A stretch of 63,657 nucleotides of DNA, counting the filler, from Octopus bimaculoides (Eukaryota), in NCBI RefSeq assembly GCF_001194135.2. It is 6 parts of 5 records of this genome, joined end to end, with 100 filler letters (N's around TTAATTAATTAA, not from the genome) between each part and the next. Parts side by side here need not be neighbours in the genome. Positions count along the whole stretch, not along the records: positions 19,376 to 33,409 come from NC_068982.1; positions 33,510 to 41,548 come from NC_068989.1; 4 more parts are not named here. One strand, written 5' to 3'. The position numbers and the translations under genes are program-made. Within the stretch, counting starts at the first letter, position 1; each line of letters begins with the position of its first letter. Positions 24,379 to 33,909 of this stretch are shown piece after piece. The notes under the pieces were generated by a model, which searched no databases, had not been told where the DNA came from, and saw only the letters and a list, made by a program, of their open reading frames with translations.

Positions 24379-25223
24379 GTGCTGTNNNNNNNNNNNNNNN
24401 NNNNNNNNNNNNNNNNNNNNNNNNNNNNNNNNNNNNNNNNNNNNNNNNNNNNNNNNNNNNNNNNNNNNNNNNNNNNNNNNNNNNNNNNNNNNNNNNNNNN
24501 NNNNNNNNNNNNNNNNNNNNNNNNNNNNNNNNNNNNNNNNNNNNNNNNNNNNNNNNNNNNNNNNNNNNNNNNNNNNNNNNNNNNNNNNNNNNNNNNNNNN
24601 NNNNNNNNNNNNNNNNNNNNNNNNNNNNNNNNNNNNNNNNNNNNNNNNNNNNNNNNNNNNNNNNNNNNNNNNNNNNNNNNNNNNNGTTGCCATCCGGTTT
24701 CACCAGTCCTCAGTCAAATCGTCCAACCCATGCTAGCATGGAAAGCGGACGTTAAACGATGATGATGATGATATATATATATATACATATATACGATGGG
24801 CTTCTTTCAGTTTTTGTCTACCAAATCCACTCACAAGGCTTTGGTCGGCCCAAGGCTATAGTAGAAGACACTTGCCCAAGTTGTCGCGCAGTGGGACTGA
24901 ACCCAGAACCATGTGGTTGGTAAGCAAGCTACTTACCACACAGCCACTCCTACGTCTTATAAGGATTTTTCTTCTTTCTTCTTTGGGTGCCATGTCCAGA
25001 ATGTAGGACATAGGCAGTCATGTCCTGCTGCAAGTCTCTGTTCTTTGTTTTCTTTAACAATTCCACTTCCTTGGCCGGGTTGGTCATTTGAGCCCAGAAG
25101 CTTTTCGGCCGGCTGCAGCCAGGTTGGTAATGAAACGGTTAATGTTACTTCTTCATTGTCATCATCATTATCATTTACCATTTCTTATTTGTGGTTTATT
25201 TCTTGTGTTGATGTTTCTTCCAG

Positions 25224-25290
25224 CTCAAACCAACAAACAGCTGCAGAACAAAAAGAGTGATGTTAATCAAGGAAGAACCATTTTTGTCAG
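25224..25290 (+). CDS. RBM28: RBM28 exon, start of RRM3
   Basis: ccag|CT CAA...GTC AG|gtaaat; KSDVNQGRTIFVR resembles SDVNEGKTVFIR. Confidence 0.92.
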
Positions 25291-25672
25291 GTAAATAAAA
25301 TGGATAGCTTTAATCAGTTATGCTTAGTTATTATATATATTTTATATATGTATATATATGTACACATATTGCCAGTGACTCCTGATTGGCTCCCGTGCCG
25401 GTGGCACATAAAAAGCACCATTCAAGCATGGTCAATGCCAGTACTGCCTAACTGACCCTCGTGCCGATAGCACATAAAAAGCACACACTACCCTCTCGGA
25501 GTGGCTGGCGTTAGGAAGGGCATCCAGCTGTAGAAACCTTGCCAGAACAGATTGGAGCCTGGTGCAGCCTTCTGGCTCACCAGTCCTCAGTCAAATCGTC
25601 CAACCCATGCCAGTATGGAATGCAGAGGTTAAACGATGATGATGATAACATATGCCATTATTTTCTATTTAG

Positions 25673-25776
25673 GAATGTTCCATTCAGTTGTACTGAAGCA
25701 GATTTAACAGATTTATTCTGCAAATTTGGAGAAATTACTTACAGTGTCCTGGTAAAGAAAGATAATATTCCTAGAG
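25673..25776 (+). CDS. RBM28: RBM28 exon, RRM3
   Basis: tttag|G AAT GTT...AGA G|gttggt; NVPFSCTEADLTDLFCKFGEITY; phase 2/1. Confidence 0.9.
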
Positions 25777-25814
25777 GTTGGTTCATTCTATATTTTTAAT
25801 AGTTTTTTTTTTTT

Positions 25815-26089
25815 AATACATTATTTATATTTGACGGATATTTGTCCTCATCTTGTTTGCTGTTAACAAGTGACGGCTGATATACCCTCCAGCCTTCATC
25901 AGGTGTCTTGGGGAAATTTTGAACCTGAGTTCTCATTTCGATGTTGTTGTTGTTGTTATTATTATTATTCATGTCACTGCCTGGAATCGAACTCGGAATC
26001 TTGAGGTTAGTAGCCCGCGCTCTTGGCGTAGTGGTTAAGAGCACAGGCTACTAACACCAAGATTCCGAGTTTGATTCCAGGCAGTGACA

Positions 26090-26122
<33 letters not shown>

Positions 26123-26290
26123 TCGAAAAATACCTTACGAATGAGAACCCAGGTTCGAAATTTCCCCAAGACACCTGAAGAAGGTTGGAGGGTATATCAG
26201 CCGAAACGTTGTGTTAACAACAAACAAGATGAGGACAAATATCCATCGAATGTAAATAATGTACATAATTCCTCATCTCTTAAACATAGA
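25815..26290. mobile_element. Head-to-head pair of tRNA-derived SINEs (family D) carrying a hammerhead motif
   Basis: Minus copy 25815-26024 abuts plus copy 26025-26290; A box TGGCGTAGTGG, B box GAGTT(C/T)GATTCC, (AAT/AAC)n, then CTGA(A/T)GAAGG...CC. Confidence 0.85.
26170..26215 (+). ncRNA. Minimal type I hammerhead ribozyme motif (Penelope type)
   Basis: GACAC-CUGAAGA-A-GGUUGG[AGGGUAUA]UCAGCC-GAAA-CG-UU|GUGUU; 5-bp stem I, 6-bp stem II, palindromic ACGU at stem III; folded by eye. Confidence 0.7.
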
Positions 26291-26744
26291 ACTATTTTTT
26301 TTTAATGTTTTTATATTTTTGTTTGATATTTGTGTTCATTTTATTTCTTCCTAATCATAAAATTGGTGGAAATTAGATTTAATGTTTTGTCAGTACAATT
26401 TACAACAATTCTGAATTCAAATTCCGCTGGGGCTATCAGTACAGGTATAACGGTGTGGTTCAGAAATTTGCGTCTCAGCCTCGGTTTCAACTTTGCTCCC
26501 ACTGCGTGCCACACTGGGCAATTGTCTTTTGCTGTTGTCTCTGATTGACCACTGTCTTTTATATATTACCTTTTACGTGTTTAACCCTAAGCCATTGGAT
26601 TGCAACCATATTAGGGCACTACCTTGAGGGTCCACTCAAGCATATCAGCTTCTTAACCAACCAGTCGTGCCCAGTAAAAAAACAAAAAACTATTGTCAGC
26701 TGTGTTATGGACCTTCTGCAACATGAACTTATAAACTTATAAAA

Positions 26745-26990
26745 CACTGTAAAGAATAAAAAGTTTTGAATGGTACACCAATGCACTGTAATACAAAAAA
26801 TGGACTATATACCTGTTGTAATTTAGTTATCTATAGTCCGATGATATTTCGGAATACAATTCCTTCTTCAGATATTCTTAGATGGAGTCTCTGCTATAAT
26901 CTGTTTTCCAACGGCTTTTCTTTTTTCCGGAAGTGTCTCAGTAGTGGTTTCACGAAGCTCCTTCCAGAATTTCTCATGAGAAGTGCATGA
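26745..26990 (-). mobile_element. Single copy of family E with a degenerate hammerhead (26838-26876)
   Basis: Colinear with 29771-29975; CUGAAGA-A-GGAAU[UGU]AUUCC-GAAA-UA-UC is intact but stem I is cut to 2 bp. Confidence 0.8.
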
Positions 26991-27478
26991 GGTTGGCTAT
27001 GTCTCAATCTCGTGTGTGTTGGTACATCTTATTTCTCTACTACCCACAAGGGGCTACACACAGAGGGGGACAAACAAGGACAGACAAACAGATTAAGTCA
27101 ATTACATCGACTCCAATGCATAACTGGTACTTATTTAATTGACCCTGAAAGGATGAAAGGCAAAGTTGACCTTGCCAGAATTTGAACTCAGAATGTAGCG
27201 GCAGACGAAATACCGCTAAGCATTTTGCCCGGCATGCTAACGATTCTNNNNNNNNNNTTTGTTATAAACAGTACATGAGCATGTAATCAAAAATGAACCT
27301 ACACGCATCCAGATGTAGCTAAATAATATATTGATTACCAACCTCCAGCCTGTTGTTAATATTTGGGGTCCTAGTCTGTGTATGAGTATAGCCTCCTTAA
27401 TTCTTAAATTACCCAAATTTCTTTCATTGGCCTCTGCTTTTACTTACATGTTTCATGTTTATATTTTCAATGTTTCAG

Positions 27479-27552
27479 GATCTGGCTTTGTACAGTTTGT
27501 AAATAAAGAAGATTCAGAGAAGTGCCTTGAAAGATGTAGTGGAGAAACACCG
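27479..27552 (+). CDS. RBM28: RBM28 exon, RRM3 RNP1
   Basis: ttcag|GA TCT...CCG|gtaaaa; GSGFVQFVNKEDSEKCLE; phase 1/0. Confidence 0.9.
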
Positions 27553-28417
27553 GTAAAAAGCTACTTAAAATCATATTTATCAAATCAGAGTAATTAACGA
27601 GTTTTAAGGTGACAAGTTGGCAGAATCATTAGCACACCTGGCAAAATGCTTAACAACATTTTGTTCATCTTTATGTTCTGAGTTCAAATTCCACCAAGGC
27701 TGCTTTGCCTTTCATCCTTTTGGGTTGATAAAATCAGTCCTGGTTGAGCTCTGTGGTCATTGTAATCGACTACCCCAACTCCTGAAATTGCTGGCCTCAT
27801 CCCCAAAATTGTAATCAATGTAATGTAGCTGTGTTTAATATAATATAGGGTGGCGAGCTGGCAGAATTGTTAGCACACCGGGCGAAATGCTGAGTGGTAT
27901 TTCGTCTGCCATTACATTCTGAGTTCAAATTCCACCAAGGTTGACTTTGCCTTTCATCCTTATGGGGTTGATTAAATAAGTACCAGTTACGCACTGGGGT
28001 CGATGTAATCGACTTAATCCCTTTCTCTGTCCTTGTTTGTCCCTTCTGTGTTTAGCTCCCTTAAAGAAAGAAATATGTGTTTGTGTACTCTTCTGTGCTT
28101 TCATGGATCAGATGGAATTTTTTGGGGTAGATTTTCTATGCTTGGGTGCCTTCTTGTCACCAACCCATATCTATTTGCAAAGAAGATAATATTTCCCCAT
28201 GATATGATATCACAGAATTTTGTAAAATAACATTATCGTTAATTAATTAATCTGTTGATTGGAACTTAAAATTAACATTAAATTTTGATGGGAGGTTTTA
28301 ATTTTGATCATTTTAAAACCAGAAACTTTTGATGTCAACTCACCTGTGAATTGGCATCAAAAAGGTGAACCCTTTTGTTACCGTATTTCCATTGAAATAT
28401 TCTTTGTCTGATTCTCC

Positions 28418-28465
<48 letters not shown>

Positions 28466-28519
28466 NNNNNNNNNNNNNNNNNNNNNNNNNNNNNNNNNNN
28501 NNNNNNNNNNNNNNNNNNN

Positions 28520-28558
<39 letters not shown>

Positions 28559-28636
28559 TCCCTGTTCCTTATATCTAACTACTACTACTACTTCTACTAC
28601 TCAGATTAACTCTTTTAAATGCCAATGCCATTTCAG

Positions 28637-28775
28637 AAAGAGAAGATCTTAAGTGGTGGTCGCCAACTGTTTGTCTCCGCTGCCCTCTCTCGTGAACAAG
28701 TTGACAACTTGAAGACTTCAAAAACAGAAAATACCAACAAAGATGGTCGGAATTTGCATTTAGCTCGGGAAGGAT
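28637..28775 (+). CDS. RBM28: RBM28 exon, end of RRM3
   Basis: ttcag|AAA...GGA T|gtaagt; GRQLFVSAALSREQV...RNLHLAREG resembles GRQLKV...RNLYLAREG. Confidence 0.92.
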
Positions 28776-29838
28776 GTAAGTTCTGTAGCAATCTTAATCA
28801 ACAAAAGAAAATACATGCTTCTGTTTTATTTCTGCAACCCTTAATAACTTTTTAAATCATGATTGAACTAAATTCGATGACTGGCACCTGTGCCAGTGGA
28901 GGGCTAAGAGCACTGTCCGAGCGTGATCATTGCCAGAGCAGCTGTCTGGCTTCCATGCCAGAGGTACGTAAATAGCACCATTTGAGCATGATTGTTACCA
29001 GTGTCGCCTTACTGCCACTTGTGCCGGTGGCACGTGTAAAAACATTCAAGCGAGGTCATTGTCAGTGTCGCTGGACTGGCTCCTGTGCAGTTGGCATGTA
29101 AAAAAAAACTTTTGAGCGTGGCTGTTGCCAGTACCGCCTGACTGGCCCTCGTGCCGGTGGCACTTAAAAGCACCCACTACACTCTCAGTGTGGTTGGCGT
29201 TAGGAAGGGCATCCAGCTGTAGAAACTCTGCCAGATCAGATTGGAGCCTGGTGCAGTCATCTGGTTTGCCGGTCCTCAGTCAAATCGTCCAATCCATGCT
29301 AGCATGGAAAGCAGACATGATGATATGCAGGAATGGCTGTGAGGTAAGAGGTTTGCTTCCCAACCACATGGTTTTGGGTTCAGTCCCACTACATGTCACC
29401 TTGGGCAAGTGTCTTCTACTGTAGTCTCGGGCCGAACAAAGCTTTGTGAGTGGACTTGGTAGATTGTAAGCTGAAGGAAGCCTGTCGTGTGTGTGTCCCC
29501 TAACACTGGTTGTCAAGCTGTGTGGCTGACATCCCCTGTAACTTAGCAGTTCAGTAAAAGAGAGCAACAGAGTAAGTACCAGGCTTAAAAAAAGATAGGT
29601 GCTGCAGTGGATTCATCATCATCCTCGTTATCATACACCCGCTTTCCATGCTGGCATGAGTTGGACGGTTTGACTTAGGATTTGGCAAGGTTTCTACAGC
29701 AGGATGCCCTTCTTAACGCCAACCACTCCAAGAGTGTAGTGGGTGCTTTTTACGTGTCACCGTCATGGAAGCACAACACTGCACTATAATACAAACAATG
29801 GACTCTAATAACTGTTGTAATTTAATCATTCATAGTCT

Positions 29839-29880
29839 GATATGATATTTCGGAATATAAATATTCCTTCTTCAGATATC
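29839..29880 (-). ncRNA. Minimal type I hammerhead ribozyme motif (family E, left arm)
   Basis: GAUAU-CUGAAGA-A-GGAAUA[UUUA]UAUUCC-GAAA-UA-UC|AUAUC on the minus strand. Confidence 0.78.
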
Positions 29881-30016
29881 CCTAGGAATTGATGGAGTCG
29901 TTGCTATAATCGGTTTTCTAACGGCTTTTCTTTATTTTTTACGGAAACATCTCAGCAGTAGTCTCACGATGTTCCTTGGAAAACCAATTATAGCAGCAAC
30001 TCCATAAATTCCTAGG

Positions 30017-30055
30017 GATATCTGAAGAAGGAATTTTATTCCGAAATATCATATC
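30017..30055 (+). ncRNA. Minimal type I hammerhead ribozyme motif (family E, right arm)
   Basis: GAUAU-CUGAAGA-A-GGAAU[UUU]AUUCC-GAAA-UA-UC|AUAUC; intact core, AUC cleavage triplet, palindromic AUAU. Confidence 0.78.
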
Positions 30056-30587
30056 AGACTCTGGATGATTAAATTACAACTGTTATTATAGTCCATTATT
30101 TGTATCATAGTGCAGTGTTGTGCCATTCAAAATATTTTATTCTTTACAAACAATATACAATGCTTCAAGCAAACTACAATACTCTCATCATCATCATCAT
30201 CATCGTTTAACGTCCGCTTTCCATGCTAGCATGGGTTGGACGATTTGACTGAGGACTGGTGAAACCGGATGGCAACACCAGGCTCCAGTCTAATTTGGCA
30301 GTTTCAACAGCTGGATGCCCTTCTTAACGTCAACCACTCAGAGAGTGTAGTGGGTGCTTTTACGTGTCATCCTATATATCTATATATATATATATATCTG
30401 AAGAACCTGCAAGAATAGGTGCAAGCACTAATATTTATAAAACATGTGACATATTAATAAAAATCTGTAAATGTACAACCATCCAGATATCTGAGTACCT
30501 TATTATTTTTTCTAATATATAATTCCTGGACATCACCTCCAAACCTTCCAATATGTATGTATATCATCTGTTTCTTATTTCCCACAG

Positions 30588-30652
30588 TAATCCGTGTTGG
30601 TATGAAAGCTGCTGAAGGCCTTTCCAAATCAGATTTAAATAAACGACTAAAG
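30588..30652 (+). CDS. RBM28: RBM28 exon before RRM4 (later exons not found in the window)
   Basis: acag|TA ATC...AAG|gtaagt; LIRVGMKAAEGLSKSDLNKRLK resembles [20 protein letters not shown]. Confidence 0.92.
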
Positions 30653-30987
30653 GTAAGTTTCCCTTTTTTGTTATTGGATTTTAATCCCAGAATTCAGCTG
30701 TGCAAATACCCTAATCCCTTGGTTTCAATCATCATCTTTACCATCATCCTTGTTTAGCAACTTTTCTCCAAGTTGTTGGAGGTCAGACACCTCTAGCAAT
30801 CAGTGTCTTCATATCTGACCTCATTGACCATTTCCTTCTCCATTTTTAGTCTTCCTGTTCCCTTAGGACCTTCTGCCTATCACTTCATGGCATGTCATAG
30901 TAGTAGTATAACAAGCTTATTGTATAGTGCACAGGTGTACTGCAAATCGTTGGATAAAAAGGTTCAAGAGAAGATAGAAGGCTGCAA

Positions 30988-31504
30988 CCCATTAACTGCC
31001 AAATTTTTTAATCCATATTTTTTGGCTTTGCCAGGTGTCTTAGGAGTTAAAATAATATATAGTATTTAAATTTTCTTCCTATGTGAATTATTTTGGAAAT
31101 TATGATTAATTTTTCAAAAAGTCCCAAATGGGGATCATTGAAAAAAAGCATATTTATCCTTTTCTATTCAATTGCAATAATAAATGTTTTCGTTGTTTTT
31201 GTAAACTATATTATCAAATGCGAAAGTGTATGAAATATTAATTAATGATATAGACGAGAAATACAAAAAAAAAAAAATTTCAAAACAGTCAATATTTTTG
31301 TATTTCAAAAATTGTGATTTATGACACAAAATGTCCTCTAGAATTGGCCAGATTTAATAATGACAAACATTAATTACTAAATATTGTTAAGCACATCTCT
31401 GCATATGCAATGTACATAAGCAATTCACTTTCAATACAACGAACAATCGGCAGTGGGGACTGTTTTTAGCAGATCCCCAAATGGGGCTCATGGCAGGCAA
31501 TGGG
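30988..31504. mobile_element. piggyBac-type MITE
   Basis: ends CCCATTAACTGCC and GGCAGGCAATGGG-TTAA; left flank is GCAA rather than TTAA. Confidence 0.5.
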
Positions 31505-31589
31505 TTAAACAAAGACAGCAATGAAAGCTCAAACTACATGTATAGTACACAGAATAAAACAGAAAAGTGACCCTTAAAGAGCCATGAAG

Positions 31590-31745
31590 AGGAAAGGGGT
31601 CATCGGCACATTTAGAGTAATGTTAGTGCATTTTGGGAAGCATGGAATTTTGGAAGGATTCAGTGTCCTGACAAGAACTGATGCTGGTAGTATGTTCCAT
31701 GCTTTGATAATTCTGAGAGTGAAAAAGTGTTTCTGACAACCAAGA
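31590..31745 (-). mobile_element. CR1/L2-like ORF2 3' end remnant
   Basis: QKHFFTLRIIKAWNILPASV resembles FF..R....WN.LP..V. Confidence 0.45.
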
Positions 31746-32469
31746 GGGCTCTGCTGGTTTTAAAATGATTTAAATTAAAACCTCCCATCAAAATTTCATG
31801 TTAATTTGTTCCAAACAACCGATTGATTAATTAATGATGATGTTATTTTACATATCCGTGACTGGTGGAGACACTAAATTAAAAAAAGGTGGCCCAAAGA
31901 TGTTTGTTAATCTTTTTGGCTTCCACCAAGTCAGCTGGTAGACATGAAAACTTTTGGTCTCACTGCTGAAAGGAGTAATTTATATTTATTCCTTATCCAT
32001 TAGTATCATAATCATCTCTCTTATACACTTTAGCTGATGGCTTAGCTGCATCCTCTCTCCGTTTTTCAGTCTTCTTCCACAAATGCTTGTCATTCTCAGT
32101 CCCGAGAATTTCTATCACTCATCCATTCTTCTCGCAGTTATCTCCCTTGCACACTTCAGTTGATGCTCTTTCAATGCCTTCTTTAATATAGGTTAACATA
32201 ATGCTTTGTGCAGATCTTTCAGTCCTTGCTAATTAACTACAATTAATGCTGATGTCCTTCTACCAGTTGCCCTTCTCTTCTTACCACCCACTTCAACACA
32301 ATGGGCCATTCGGTTACCCACTTATCTGTGCAGCATCTTCTTCCATCATGGCTTCACACACTCAAAAGAAATGGAAGGAATATTTCATATTCAAACTGAA
32401 CACCATGTCACTAAGTTTAACTGAATGTTTTTCCTTCTTCTCCTTCATCCCCTCTTCATTCATCAATCC

Positions 32470-32760
32470 TTGAAGAAATGAAGCTAGTATGATCCACTGG
32501 ATCAGTGTGCACACATGACAGAGTGTAAGCGTCCTGAGAGAAATGCTGGACATAAGAAACATAGGATGTGGCGTGCAAGAGAGACGTTTGTGATGGTATG
32601 GTCATGTATTGTGGATGGACGAGGAGAGCTGTGTGAAGAAGTGCCACTCCCAAACAGTGGAAGGAATCCAGGGTAGAGAGAGACCCAGAGAGACATGGGA
32701 TGAGGTGGTGAAGTATGACCTTCGAACATTGGAATGGACGTTAAACGATGATGATGATGA
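32470..32760 (+). mobile_element. RTE LINE ORF-end fragment joined directly to the (GAT)n tail
   Basis: WYGHVLWMDEESCVKKCHSQTVEG..GRERPRETWDEVVKYDLRTL; same family as 9040-9369. Confidence 0.8.
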
Positions 32761-33519
32761 ACTCACATTTTGCCTCAATTCTTCCTCCAACTCACCCGTT
32801 TCTTCCCTTCATTTCATTTCTCTTTCCTTCTTTCCTGTGTATGCAGCTCAAACTGTCTTGTGTTCCCCATCAGTTGCAGCCAATTACTTAAACATAGAGG
32901 ATGTAAAACGCTGCTATCTTTATTTGATTTCCCTCCTGTCAACTTTACTCTGAAAAACGATTTTACTCCAAACATTGGATACTCCACCTCACACACCAAT
33001 TACACACACACACATACACACATTTTATCTTCTATGTACAAATAGATGTACGACTGCTACTGTAAAGTTTAGTCTCCACATAGATTATCATAGTCCAGTC
33101 TGCTTCTAGTATATCATCATCTGCTTTCCATGCTAGCATGAGTTGGACGGTTTGACTGAGGACTGGCAAACCAGATGGCTACACCAGGCTCCAATCTAAT
33201 TTGGCAGAGTTTCTACAGCTGGATGCCTTTCCTAACGCCAACCACTCTAAGAGTGTAGTGGGTGCTTTTACGTGCCACCGGCACGAATGCCAGTCAGGCA
33301 GTATTGGCAATGGCCACGCTCAAAATGGTGTATTTTACGTGCCACCTGCACAGGAGTCAGTCCAGCAGCACAGGCAACGACCTTGCTCAAATGTTTTGTT
33401 CACGTGCTANNNNNNNNNNNNNNNNNNNNNNNNNNNNNNNNNNNNNNNNNNNNTTAATTAATTAANNNNNNNNNNNNNNNNNNNNNNNNNNNNNNNNNNN
33501 NNNNNNNNNTTTATCAACC

Positions 33520-33905
33520 ACCCAGTTGCCACCACCACCGCCACTACCACTACGCCAATACCACTGTTATCCCCACCACCACTACCACCACAGCACACCA
33601 CTACTAACACAACCATTAGCTATACCATCGCCACCAACATCACCACCTCCACCACAACCTCCACTAGCAATAGCACTGCACTATTGTCATCATCACCATC
33701 ATCATCATGGCCAACAACAGTACCAGTATCACCAACACCATCACCACCAGCACCAGCACCGCCAACACCATCACCGCCAACACCATCACCGCCAACACCA
33801 TCACTGCCAACACCACCACCAGTATCACCACAACCACCACCATCATCATCATCATCATCAACAACAAGACTACCAGTATTGCCACTATCATCTTACCGCC
33901 ATCAC
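33520..33905. repeat. Compound (CAC/CAT/CCA)n trinucleotide tract
   Basis: directly visible; source of the His/Pro/Thr-rich ORFs. Confidence 0.9.
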
Positions 33906-33909
33906 CACA

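Larger units (their letters stand above)
29771..30148. mobile_element. Fold-back of a hammerhead-bearing non-coding element (family E)
   Basis: Inverted arms 29771-29919 and 29978-30123 around a 58-nt spacer; third copy at about 26745-26990(-). Confidence 0.85.

Noticed and set aside
26024-26090. tRNA gene (apparent anticodon ACU)
   Set aside because: No acceptor stem, broken anticodon stem, and it continues into a SINE body; the same applies to the other SINE heads.
28239-28250. TTAATTAATTAA as a recurring biological motif
   Set aside because: The five N-flanked copies are artificial; this single natural copy is part of an AT-rich repeat.
32845-32895. Next RBM28 exon after a strong pyrimidine tract (tgcag|CTC AAA CTG)
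   Set aside because: The required phase 0 reading stops after 14 codons and does not resemble the RRM4 approach.
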